From Paracoccaceae bacterium (GTDB lineage Bacteria; Pseudomonadota; Alphaproteobacteria; Rhodobacterales; Rhodobacteraceae): a stretch of DNA of 32,000 nt. The notes beneath the pieces were generated by a model, which saw only the letters and a program-made list of their open reading frames with translations, was not told the DNA's origin and ran no database searches. Below, piece by piece: positions 18,474 through 27,734 of the stretch. Location of the stretch: assembly GCA_965221815.1 (NCBI GenBank), contig OZ244915.1:694119-726118 (forward strand). Direction: 5' to 3'. The translations under genes and the position numbers were made by a program. Each line of letters opens with the position of its first letter. Within the stretch, counting starts at the first letter, position 1.

Positions 18474-18709
18474 TTCGCCAAATGAAACCGATCAGGAATC
18501 AAGCAGGGTCCAAACCCAGCCAGAGGGGAATCACTCCCGGTCGGGCACAATATTGAATCTTGAAAGTAAATATGGCATCAAGATTAGTTGTAAATAGAAC
18601 CTGCAGAAATGCCATCTGATTGTTGAATCAGGTGGTTTGGAATAGATGACCTTTCATCATCGGTATCTTTCTTATTCTCGCTGTTATACAATTTGATTAA
18701 GGCACGGTC

Positions 18710-19789
18710 GTGGACAATTCTCAAACTTATCTGATTTCGGACAATCCCGTATTTGTTACCGGTTCTTCCGGTCATGTCGGGGCAAACCTGATTCGGCGAT
18801 TGCTGCTGGATGGGCAGAGAGTACGCGTTTTTGTACGACAGCAAAGCAAGAATGAAAGCCTTCAGGGCCTTGATGTCGAGACCGCCTATGGAGATCTTCG
18901 CAACCTGGACGAAGTCCGAAAAGCAATGGAGGGCTGCCAAGGCGTTTATCACGTGGCCGCTAAGGTTTCGACGATCAAGGGTAACCGCGCACATCGACGT
19001 GAAATTTTCGACTGTAATGTCATGGGCACACGTAACGTCTTGCAGGCAGCAAAGGAAACTGAGGCTGGTCGGACAGTGGTCACCGGCTCTTTCAGCGCAG
19101 TGGGCTACAATTTGGATAATCCATCTCAGCCCAGTAACGAGATGATGCCTTTCTACCCAATGGAACTGACAATGCCTTATGAGCGAAGCAAGTCATTTAC
19201 CGAACATGAATGCTGGCGAGCGGCAGCGACTGGTCAGGAGGTCATAGTCGCAACAAGTTGCGCGGTAGTTGGAGGCGCAGATTTCGTCCCGTCGAGATTG
19301 GGAAAAACCTTATGTGATTATGCCAATGGAAAGCTGCGCGCCTATATCGAAGGTGGCTTCGAGTTTGTCAATGTCCATGACCTTGTGCAAGGGCATATTC
19401 TCTGCATGCAAAAAGGAAGGTCAGGAGAAAAGTATATTTTTAGCACCGAATATAAAAAGATATCGGAAATCATTGGCCTATTTGAGGACATCACCGGTGT
19501 GCGACGCCCTCAGCGGCAGTTTCCGGCTGCTTTGATGCTGGCATTTTCTGAAGTTATAAGTGGATACCTGAGCCAGTTTCATCCTGACTTTCCACAACGG
19601 TTCACTCCCGGTGCCATCCGACTTCTCAAGAAATGCCGTCATGCCGACACCAGCAAAGCAAGACAGGAGCTCGGCTATCAACCGACATCCATTCGTCACG
19701 CCATCATTGATGCCTATACGTTTCATCACGCGCGCGGAGTGATCACCAATCCAAATGCCAAGCCGCCGCACAACGGGGATCATGATTAG
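18710..19789 (+). CDS. NAD(P)-dependent extended SDR (epimerase/dehydratase family; HpnA-like / 3beta-hydroxysteroid dehydrogenase-like)
   Basis: A 359-aa ORF with a GTG start. It has the Rossmann motif VFVTGSSGHVGANLIRRLL, the NVMGTRNVL block and the catalytic YxxxK (PYERSK). Overall collinearity matches HpnA-type proteins (LEGLDVE..GDL.D, LNGK..AY...G...V.V.D...GH). Confidence 0.85.
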   Translation: MDNSQTYLISDNPVFVTGSSGHVGANLIRRLLLDGQRVRVFVRQQSKNESLQGLDVETAYGDLRNLDEVRKAMEGCQGVYHVAAKVSTIKGNRAHRREIFDCNVMGTRNVLQAAKETEAGRTVVTGSFSAVGYNLDNPSQPSNEMMPFYPMELTMPYERSKSFTEHECWRAAATGQEVIVATSCAVVGGADFVPSRLGKTLCDYANGKLRAYIEGGFEFVNVHDLVQGHILCMQKGRSGEKYIFSTEYKKISEIIGLFEDITGVRRPQRQFPAALMLAFSEVISGYLSQFHPDFPQRFTPGAIRLLKKCRHADTSKARQELGYQPTSIRHAIIDAYTFHHARGVITNPNAKPPHNGDHD

Positions 19790-19799
19790 GTGTATGTCA

Positions 19800-19968
19800 G
19801 ACAGGGATGGTGCCAGAGGTTATGACCGAAACTGGGTGACGTCCAGATCAGGCGGCTTCCTTAAACCGACACTTCCAAGTCCGCCACACACGACTTATCA
19901 ACCCCTGTATATAAATCCGCTCGTAAAAGTCTGATCGAATCCAATGAATCTGGTATGATCTGACGTCT
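19800..19968 (-). ncRNA. Possible omega-RNA / right-end region of the IS605-type TnpB element
   Basis: The call is positional only. In characterised TnpB elements the guide RNA scaffold spans the 3' end of tnpB and the ~100-170 nt downstream. A GGCGG...CCGCC stem is visible in the minus-strand sequence gtggcggacttggaagtgtcggtttaaggaagccgcc. No covariance evidence is available. Confidence 0.2.
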
Positions 19969-20685
19969 TCACACCGTCACCAGGCGTGCAGGGGCTTGTG
20001 CCGCCGTCTTACCGTCCTCTTGTGTGCGTTTAGGGACCGCCGCAAGCGTGTGCAGTCCGTATTCTCGCAGATTGATCGCTGCGTTCAGGTCTCGGTCATG
20101 GTCCGCGCCGCATTCTGCACACGTCCAGTCTCGATCCTTCAATTCCAATTCTTGATTGATTGCGCCACACTCCGAACAGGTCTTGGAAGATGGATAGAAC
20201 CTGTTCGCTTTGAGAATCGTGCATCCTCGCCATGCGGCTGTGTATTGGAGATAGTGTTTCAGCGCGCCAAAGCCAGCGTCACTGATGGCGCGCGACAAGC
20301 TGCGGTTCTTCACCATACCGCTCACGTTCAGGTCTTCGATCACAATCGTGTCAAAGCGGCGCGTGAGGTCGTCGGACAATTCGTGCAGAACCGCATGTCG
20401 CTGATCGGCAATTCTCTTGTGCAGACGGGCAAGGAACAGCTTGGCTTTCGCAGACCGGTTCGATCCCTTCTGCGTGCGGGACAATCGCCTGTTGCGCCGC
20501 TCAAGACGGCGCAGGTTGGCCTTGAGTTTCTGGTTTGCGGGCACCCGCTCACCATTGGACAAGACGGCCAATTCCGTGATTCCCATATCAACGCCAATCG
20601 CCGTGGACTGGCGGCTTGCGTCCCTGGTGTTGTCATCCTGCGTGTCGATCAGAACCGACGCATAGTATTTTCCAGCGCGCCCTGC
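19969..20685 (-). pseudogene. tnpB: TnpB (IS200/IS605-family RNA-guided nuclease), N-terminally truncated/decayed
   Basis: The in-frame stretch reads GRAGKYYASVLIDTQDD...AIGVDMGITELAVLSNGE (RuvC D), TIVIEDLNVSGM (E), CSECG...WTCAECG (zinc ribbon) and DHDRDLNAAINL (D). An in-frame stop lies at ~20686. Only degenerate WED-like sequence follows, up to ~20845, where GC-rich ISNCY-like DNA starts. Confidence 0.85.
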
Positions 20686-20865
20686 CTATTAGCCACAAGT
20701 TTTGTCTGGACGTAAATTCGGATATAGGTAGTGTCTGTCAAAAAACCCCCTTTTTTTGCAGATTCCAAGCGTGTGCGTTCGATTTTTTTTCTGGAAGTCG
20801 AAGTTTTTGGGTCCAATCGCCTCAAAATTCCATATCCAATCACTTGTGTTGGCCGGACGGGCGAT

Positions 20866-21178
20866 CAATAAGCGTCCCGACGCCTGAGGAGACGGACTCC
20901 GCCTGTCAGTTTGCTGCGGATTTTTTGACCGGGTGACTCAGCGGCGCGGCGTCGGTGTTGGCGTTCGAGACGCGTGCGTTCCTTGTCGCGGAGGAGGCGC
21001 CCCAGGCGCACGAGATTGGCCGCGATGATGGAGAGACCCACCATGCGCGCAAATCCATCGGCCCCGAAGGATCGGATCCGTTGCAGGCCGTGGTGCTCGA
21101 GCCTGTTGATCGCCGATTCAATGGCCGGATGCTGCTGCCGGGCGGCGGTGAATTCGGGGGTCTGTTCGCGTTCGCGTT
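20866..21178 (-). pseudogene. ISNCY-like transposase, C-terminal part (rest at 22768-23942 across nested IS-A)
   Basis: The reverse-strand translation is REQTPEFTAARQQHPAIESAINRLEHHGLQRIRSFGADGFARMVGLSIIAANLVRLGRLL... The AxES.IN.LEhHGL.R...G..GF.r.VgL...a.NL pattern is as recalled for ISNCY-family proteins. It is absent from the ORF track because it lacks a long M-initiated stretch. Confidence 0.6.
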
Positions 21179-22767
21179 GGGAGTGATTCCCCTCTGGCTG
21201 GGTTTGGACCCTGCTTGATTCCTGATTGGTTGCTTTCGGCGAATCATCAGGCGACTTTGGCGAGAGGCGTGCGATTGTCGTTGGCCGAGAGGTGGGCTTG
21301 GGCGTGTCGCCGTCTGTGGGTCAGTTGGGCCCAGACGTTGTCAAAGCGTCCCGATGTGAGCCGGGCCCGGACAGTGAGAACACCCTGGCCACCGGCACGA
21401 CCCCATCTCTGGCCGCTGCGCTTGAGCCGGGTGTTGACGATCATTGTGTGCGCCGCCTCGCCAGCACTGCTGCCGATGGGAGAGCCGGCATCGCGGGCGG
21501 CTTTATAGTCCATCCGCTGGCGGTGACTGCGGACAGTGCCGATGGCAGTGGTGATCTCGCCAGCCCCGGGGGTTTTTCTCTGGGGGAGACCGCAATGCAT
21601 CGATCACCGGGCCCACGCAATGGGGATCATCTGTCAGGATGACCGTGTGTGTATCGAACCCCGCCGTACTCTTGCCGCTCTCGGCCCCGTCAGCGGCATC
21701 GACCGCGGCCTTGAGAGACTTGGCAGGCCTGCCCGACATCGATGAGCCGGATATCCGGGGTCACACTCTCCAGACAAGTCCCGTTGTCCCGGGCCCCATC
21801 GGCGATGACGACACTCTTCAATTCTCTGTCTTGCCCGGCCGCCATGTTCATAAGCCTGTCCATCCCGCTCTTCCGCAGGCATCCGCAGCATCGTGCCATC
21901 CCGCGAGACCCGCAGGGCCACTGCATCATCATGCCGGCTCTCATCGCCCCGTACCTCTTCCAGCCGATCATCGGCCTGATCCTCAAACTCCTGCCCCACC
22001 TCGGCCGTCAGCCGGATCAAACTGCGCGTTGCGGGACCCGCCTCACAGATCCGCTGCCAGAGATCCGCGGCATCCCGTGCCGGCCGGCTGGCCATGATCG
22101 CCGCCACAAGACCAGCCGCCGCGCCCGTCCCCACCCGTGGTCAGGCCCCGAATCGGCTCTGTCGGCACCACGGAGGGTCCCGCACCGGACGGGCGAGACC
22201 GTGCCCGCGGAAAGGTCACCGTGCCGAACAGGGTCGTCGCCTGACCCGACGAGGCCGCCACCTGGCGAGGACTTTTCCCATCAATCTGCAACCGGTCCCC
22301 ATGATCATCGCGCGCCGCAAAGGCCTGACCCCACAGCCCACGGGCCCAACCCGCGACCGCATCACGCAGATCAAGCTCCGCCTGATGCGGATCCTCCCGA
22401 AACAAGCGGGCCAGATCCTCTTTGAGCCCCGTATCCGGCAACTGCGTCGCCGCGGCCTGCAGGGTGTCCGCGATCCGCTGCCGCACCTGCGCTCTGTCCG
22501 TATCGATCTTGGCCACAGAGATGTCAGAGTGTCAATTGGTCATCCGCGTGTTCCGTCTCATACGTCTCCATCATGGAGAATTTTCGTCCTGGAACACGCG
22601 ACCCGATCCGGCAGACACACCCAACAACTTCACCCCGATCGGGTCAAATTCCGGGATTTTTCCAAAAATTCCGCCAAACCACCCAAACGCACACCATCAG
22701 GATTCCAAAAACCACGCGTTTTCAACAGGTTGAAAATTTACGAGTCCGCCAGACGAGAACCACTCCC
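21179..22767 (-). mobile_element. ISKra4-like element IS-A, copy 3 (internally deleted), inserted in the ISNCY-like transposase gene with an 8-bp target duplication
   Basis: The ends are gggagtgattcccctctgg (21179-) and ccagacgagaaccactccc (-22767). The TSD ttcgcgtt occurs at 21171-21178 and 22768-22775. Excision plus one TSD restores ...KKGRPTAVEREREQTPEFTAARQQHPAIES in frame. Confidence 0.9.
21247..22516 (-). pseudogene. IS-A transposase of copy 3, frameshifted with an internal deletion
   Basis: The GTG-start piece is MAKIDTDRAQVRQRIADTLQAAATQL... (ORF 22043..22516). The middle piece is ORF 21634..22134. The tail is ...AAHTMIVNTRLKRSGQRWGRAGGQGVLTVRARLTSGRFDNVW (ORF 21247..21600). Confidence 0.8.
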
Positions 22768-23942
22768 TTCGCGTTCCACCGCCGTCGGGCGTCCCTTTTT
22801 GGGCAGGGCCACCACGTCCCGTGTTGAGGACAGCGCCTCATAGATTGCCGGACTCCAGAAGCCCTTGTCCAGGCTCAAGGCCTGGAGGCGCGGAGACTGC
22901 GCCTGCAGAGCGTGCACACAGGGCACGATGCCATCGCGGTCGCCGCCCTCCCAGAGGATCTGATGGCCGAGAATGAACTGATATGGGTCTTCAATCACAC
23001 AGACCGGCACCCCCAGCTCCACCGGCGTGCCGGCCTTGCCCTTCGCGATCCAGCGGGTGTGGGGCTCGAACACCGAGACGATCTTCTTCTCCTGTGGGAT
23101 CGTCTCGCCCTTCAGCAGGCGACGTTCCACCGGGTCCCGCAGACGGTGCGCAGAGCCCACATATTCCTCACTTTTTCCAGCAGGAGGCCGGCATGGGCAT
23201 TGTCCAGTGCGACGCGCCCATCCGCCAGCTTGGCGAGCAGATGATCGGCCAATTTCAGATCGGCGCGGATTGTTGTGTCATAGAGGGTGTGGTGACGGCG
23301 GATGCGGCTGGCCCTCTGCCAGGCCGTCTTGAGCGCTTTCAGCCCATGCTTCGCCTGCCGCCACCCCGCGACACCCAGGAGCTTGCAGACGCGGACCTGC
23401 TGCTGGATCGCCGCCCGGATCGCATCCCAGAGCAGACGCAGGTCCGTCGGATATTCGACATCCGTCTCGACCACGAAGCTGTCGCCCCGCGCCTGCAACC
23501 CCGCATCCATCGCATGCCCCACGGCCCTGTGACCCAGCCGGACGATCGCGTGGTTGATCCGCGCCAGGACATCGTCTGTCAGAAGAGACATGGTGTTCGC
23601 CAATGTCGCCGCAGACATGGGGGATGGATCCAGGACATGCGACAGACCGGCCAGACTCCGCAGGTCCCGGTGGTTGGAGGCCAGATTCGCCAGCCGGTCA
23701 AAGTCGATGTCCAGACCCGGCTTCATCACGGCAAACACCAGGATTTGCCAGACGTCCATGCCCGGCCGGCCATGCGCACCGTTGACCCGTGCGTTATGAG
23801 ACTCCTGAATAAGTTCCAGACCCTCATTCCGGGTCTCGGTCTCACACCAGAGCGCCTGCAACGCGTAGCAGAGCACCTCGGTATCGTCCCGGGACTTGGG
23901 GTTGAAGGTGAGATTCTCGATCGGGATGGCACCCAGAGGGGG
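22768..23942 (-). pseudogene. ISNCY-like transposase, N-terminal/main part, frameshifted
   Basis: LGAIPIENLTFNPKSRDDTEVLCYALQALW... comes from 23877-23930 and ORF 23112..23876. KIVSVFEPHTRWIAKGKAGTPVELGVPVCVIEDPYQFILGH...SLDKGFWSP comes from ORF 22738..23160. Confidence 0.6.
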
Positions 23943-25150
23943 TGTACCTGCTCAAACACATGTGAGATTCTGAGCGGCGGCGGCCCAGTCCCGGGGACAC
24001 GACGTGAGGGCGAAGCCCGAACGGAGGGGATCCGGGACTGGGCCGCCGAAAATGTCTTGCCGGATCAGGTGGGGTCCTCCATCGGTTTGTCACGATCCAT
24101 GTGACAGAGACGGAGACCCCCGCTGCACGTTTGTGGCTGGCCTGGCCCTGTGATCAGACACGCCAGGATGGGTGATGTCTGTGATCACCTGGCGATGCCG
24201 CTGTCCGGATGCGCCAGGATCTTGTCCATCGCTGGCGTCAGGCCATGCGTGATGGCCTGACAACGACAGACGCGGCCCGGGCGGTCCATGGGCCCCGTGC
24301 CACCCTGTATCGCTGGGAACAATCCCCTGCGCGGCTGTCGCGCCGGCCCCACCGGTGCCGCCAAGGACCACCCCGCGCGGCGATCCGGCAGCGGATCACA
24401 GAGCGGCGCCAGGACTGTCCCGCCTGGGGTCGCGGCAAGATCGCGGCGATCCTGCGCCGGGACGGACACCAGATCGCGGCGGCCACGGTCGGGCGTGTGA
24501 TCGCAGACAGGGTCGCACGCCAGCCGATCGCCCCGGTCAGGGCTTTTACGCATGATAGCAAAACGACACGGCGGACCCGGAGACCCGATGCAGTGCGCAT
24601 CTCCGGGGCCCTGAAAGCCCAGGCACCCGGCGACGCGGTGCAGGTCGACACGCTCACCGCCGCCCTCTGCCCCGGCCGGACCGTCAAACATGTCACCGCT
24701 CTTGACCGTCATTCACAATGGGGATCCGCCAGGGCCGCCACCCACGCCACCGCCAGCCGCGCCGCACGCCCATCCGACACAAGGGTCGCCCATGCGCCTG
24801 TTCCCATCACCGCCCTCCCGATCGACGGCGGCTCCGCGTTCAGGGCCGCAATGAGGCCGCCGGCCAGGCCACAGGCCTCACACGGGCCGTGCGGCCACCC
24901 AAAGGGGCGAAAATGAACGGGGCTGCCTGTAGGATGCAAGCCACAGGGAGACACGAATTCGACACTGTGCAGGACACCGCCACCCAGATCACCGAACGCA
25001 ACCCCCGGATCGACACACATCCCGACCTGGACAACGAATGGAGACCCCATGACGCACGTGATGATCAGACGCCAAACGAAGATCTCGAATCCCTGCGAAT
25101 CGCTGCAAACCCATGAGAAGCCCGCGTCTCATATGTCGTGAGCAGGTACA
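23943..25150 (+). mobile_element. IS481-like element (IS3-superfamily integrase type), decayed; forms the right border of the IS graveyard, 80 bp upstream of tolQ
   Basis: The terminal inverted repeats are tgtacctgctcaaacacatgtgaga (23943-) and, as the reverse complement of the right end, tgtacctgctcacgacatatgagac (-25150). The first 12 nt are identical. A length of ~1.2 kb is typical for this type. Confidence 0.7.
24209..25116 (+). pseudogene. IS481-family transposase (HTH + rve integrase core), frameshifted
   Basis: GLTTTDAARAVHGPRATLYRWEQ...SRRPH...CPAWGRGKIAAILRRDGHQIAAATVGRVI is the HTH part. PGDAVQVDT is the first D region. IDGGSAFRA corresponds to TDNGSEF. PKG.KMNGA..R resembles P..PqtNGkvER, and NEWRPHDA corresponds to YN..RPH.A. 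The gene is split between ORFs 24209..24916 and 24718..25116. Confidence 0.8.
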
Positions 25151-25230
25151 AGGTCTTTACTTTGGGGTCGTTTCAGGTTATACTCTTCTGAAGAGAACCG
25201 CGGAAAGCGGCATGACCAGAGCAGTGTTTT

Positions 25231-25929
25231 ATGATGGAAACTGAGACTGTCACGCCCCAGCAAGGCGTGGACTTTACGCTTATAGGTTTATTTTTTGAAG
25301 CCGGACTGGTCGTTCAGTTGGTGATGCTTCTCTTGCTCCTTGCGTCATTCTGGACTTGGGCAATTATTTTTCAGAAATACTTTAATTTTCGTAGGGTCCG
25401 CAGGGATGCTCAGGAATTTGATCGTAAATTCTGGTCAGGTCAACCATTGGACGAACTGTACAGCACGATGGCCCAAAACCCCAAAGGTGCATCCGAACGG
25501 ATCTTCTGTGCAGCAATGGATGAATGGAAGAAGTCGCAGCGGACAGACGGGATATTGATTGCGGGGGTGCGTTCCCGGATCGATCGATCAATGGGCCTGG
25601 CATCGAGTCGTGAAACCGGAAGACTAGTGCAGGGTCTGGGTTTTCTTGCAACTGTGGGTTCAACCGCACCATTTGTCGGTCTGTTTGGAACCGTTTGGGG
25701 GATTATGCGGGTCTTCAGCGAAATCGGCCTGCAGGAAACAACCAGCCTCATTGTCGTTGCTCCCGGAATTGGTGAAGCGTTGGCTGCGACAGCACTTGGT
25801 TTGCTTGCGGCGATTCCGGCCGTGGTTTTCTACAATAGTCTGTCGGGTGCAGCTGAGCGCCTCGCCGATAATTTCGAGAACTTTTCGGAGGAATTCTCGA
25901 CCATCATATCGCGCCAGTTGGACGATTAA
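25231..25929 (+). CDS. tolQ: Tol-Pal system protein TolQ (MotA/TolQ/ExbB proton channel)
   Basis: A 232-aa ORF with three TM segments and the conserved C-terminal ATVGSTAPFVGLFGTVWGIM...VAPGIGEALAATALGLLAAIPAVVFYN. It is the first gene of the tolQRAB-pal order. Confidence 0.95.
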   Translation: MMETETVTPQQGVDFTLIGLFFEAGLVVQLVMLLLLLASFWTWAIIFQKYFNFRRVRRDAQEFDRKFWSGQPLDELYSTMAQNPKGASERIFCAAMDEWKKSQRTDGILIAGVRSRIDRSMGLASSRETGRLVQGLGFLATVGSTAPFVGLFGTVWGIMRVFSEIGLQETTSLIVVAPGIGEALAATALGLLAAIPAVVFYNSLSGAAERLADNFENFSEEFSTIISRQLDD

Positions 25930-25930
25930 A

Positions 25931-26407
25931 TTGCCTTCCCCGGTTTATCGATCAGAGCCACAGAAAGGTCGGCGACGAACAAAGTTCCGTCCCATGGCGG
26001 AAATCAATGTCACGCCGTTTGTTGATGTTGTCCTTGTCTTGTTGATCATCTTTATTGTGGCCGCACCGCTGCTGACAGTTGGCATACCGGTTCAACTGCC
26101 GGAAACCAAAGCCAATCCGCTCCCTTCTGAGCCTGAGCAGCCATTGACGCTATCAGTTGCCGTTGATGGGCGGGTTGCTCTGCAATCATCAGAAATTCCC
26201 CGGGAAGAATTGATTGCGAGATTGACTGCCGTGATTGAGGAACGTGATTCGGATCGGATCTATGTTCGCGGTGACCGTGATGCGCGCTATGAGGTGATCA
26301 TGAAGGTCATGGGAGATCTGAACGATGCAGGATTCCGAAATATCGGGTTGGTGACGAACAGCGAAGAGACCCGTGATGACATCGCCGCCAGCGATTTGTC
26401 GAACTGA
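25931..26407 (+). CDS. tolR: Tol-Pal system protein TolR (ExbD/TolR family)
   Basis: MAEINVTPFVDVVLVLLIIFIVAAPLL...PVQLP...DRIYVRGDRDARYEVIMKVMGDLNDAGF. The start is ambiguous. TTG at 25931 would give an Arg-rich cytoplasmic tail (GRRRTKFRP). ATG at 25994 is the conservative alternative. Confidence 0.88.
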   Translation: MPSPVYRSEPQKGRRRTKFRPMAEINVTPFVDVVLVLLIIFIVAAPLLTVGIPVQLPETKANPLPSEPEQPLTLSVAVDGRVALQSSEIPREELIARLTAVIEERDSDRIYVRGDRDARYEVIMKVMGDLNDAGFRNIGLVTNSEETRDDIAASDLSN

Positions 26408-26519
26408 GGCGGTTGCCAAAAGCAATTGCCCGATCGTGGCTGTATCAAATGTCAAGTTTGCCTATGAAAGGATATTTGCAAACCGCTGTTATCGTCTCTC
26501 AGTCGCAAGGGATGCGTAA

Positions 26520-27734
26520 ATGCGCATCGGCGCCATATTATCGGCAGCGTTGCATGCCACGATCCTGTATGCTGTCATTTTCAGTGGTTTTGATGACAGG
26601 AGCGTGAAACAACCTGTGTTCGAGTATACGGATATCGCACTGATTTCAGAAGAAGAGTTTCACTTATTGCAGACCGAAGCCAGCGTTGAGACTGTTGAGG
26701 AGGTGTCGACTCCGACGCCGCCGGAATCCGTGGAGCCGCCGGTGCCTCCCCCGATTGCCGAGTCGCGGCCGCCTGAGCCATCGTCGGAGCCGAAGATACA
26801 GCCGCAGCCCGAGCCAGAGTCGCTGCCGCCGCCTGCCCAAGAGACCGTGCCGACAGTTGCGGCGGAGATTGATACCGCGCGCAGCTCCCCGACCCCGGTG
26901 GCTGAACGCGAAGCCGTCTCGATCGCTGACGAAGTCACCCGACCTGAGGAGGCAGCTCGCCAGGATGCAGATTTTGTTGCTCCCGATGCCGTGCCTGAAC
27001 CGCAAGTTGAAAATCTTGAAAGCGATAGTGAGGCGCAAACTGCCGATTCATCATCAGTAACGACTCCAGAAGATGAGGATGTCGTGGTCGAGCCCGCAGA
27101 ACAGTCTCACTTGCCGCAAGCATCTTTGGAAACCGTTACCGAGGCTGATGAAACGGAGGCAAAGGCATTGCAGGTCAGCCGCCCGATGCGGCGCCCGATA
27201 CGTGTCGCTGATATCCCAGACAGATCCGATGCGGGAGTGGAGACACAGTCAGGAGACCAAGAGGAGATGGTCAAGACACCAGAACCAGAGATCGCGCAAC
27301 CAGAACAGGAACTTGATATTGCGTCACTTATTGCTCAGGACATACGCGAACAGGCTTTACGGGCAGAGGTGGAGTCCAGTCAACCCGAAACTGCGGAAAG
27401 CGTGGCTTCACAGCGGCTGTCAGCGCGTGAGCACGAGGGCCTCAAGAGAGCCATACAGAACTGCTGGAATATTGGCTCTCTGTCTGATGCCGCCAGATTT
27501 ATTGTGGTGACTGTTGAGGTGGAACTCGATCTGAGCGGCCGCCCCATTCCTGGCTCACTTGAATTGCTCAACACAACGACTGGCCCCGAAGAAGCAAGAA
27601 TGAGAGCTTTCGAGGCGGCCCGCCGCGCTGTCTTGCGCTGCCTGAATCAGGGATATGAATTACCTCGCGATAAGTATGAATCGTGGCGAAAAGTCGAAAT
27701 CGAGTTTAATCCTGAGGAAATGAGGAACCGATAA
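26520..27734 (+). CDS. tolA: Cell-envelope integrity protein TolA
   Basis: A 404-aa ORF with an N-terminal TM ([19 protein letters not shown]), a long Pro/Glu-rich spacer and a C-terminal TolA/TonB-like domain (IQNCWNIG...[14 protein letters not shown]). An in-frame stop lies directly upstream of the ATG. Its position between tolR and tolB fits. Confidence 0.85.
   Translation: MRIGAILSAALHATILYAVIFSGFDDRSVKQPVFEYTDIALISEEEFHLLQTEASVETVEEVSTPTPPESVEPPVPPPIAESRPPEPSSEPKIQPQPEPESLPPPAQETVPTVAAEIDTARSSPTPVAEREAVSIADEVTRPEEAARQDADFVAPDAVPEPQVENLESDSEAQTADSSSVTTPEDEDVVVEPAEQSHLPQASLETVTEADETEAKALQVSRPMRRPIRVADIPDRSDAGVETQSGDQEEMVKTPEPEIAQPEQELDIASLIAQDIREQALRAEVESSQPETAESVASQRLSAREHEGLKRAIQNCWNIGSLSDAARFIVVTVEVELDLSGRPIPGSLELLNTTTGPEEARMRAFEAARRAVLRCLNQGYELPRDKYESWRKVEIEFNPEEMRNR

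Larger units (their letters stand above)
15127..18538 (+). mobile_element. ISKra4-like element IS-A, near-full-length copy carrying nested IS-B
   Basis: The left end is gggagtggttctcgtctgg (15127-). The reverse complement of the right end is gggagtgattcccctctgg (-18538). A subterminal palindrome ttttcaac-ct-gttgaaaa lies at 15158-15175. The flanking 8-mers differ (acaggaaa vs ggtcgggc), so there is no target duplication. Confidence 0.85.

Noticed and set aside
24089-24107. The palindrome tgtcac-gatccat-gtgaca as the left terminus of the IS481-like element.
   Set aside because: The sequence at 23943 (tgtacctgctca...) matches the right end much better, with 12/12 terminal nt identical, and gives a typical ~1.2 kb element. 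The palindrome is more likely an internal feature upstream of the transposase start.
26660-27060. Overlapping Arg-rich ORFs on both strands within tolA (26664..27038, 26686..27060, 26660..26938).
   Set aside because: They are alternative-frame readings of the Pro/Glu-rich tolA spacer (repetitive CCG/GAG-type codons). The tolA frame is supported by its TM anchor, its C-terminal domain and operon position.
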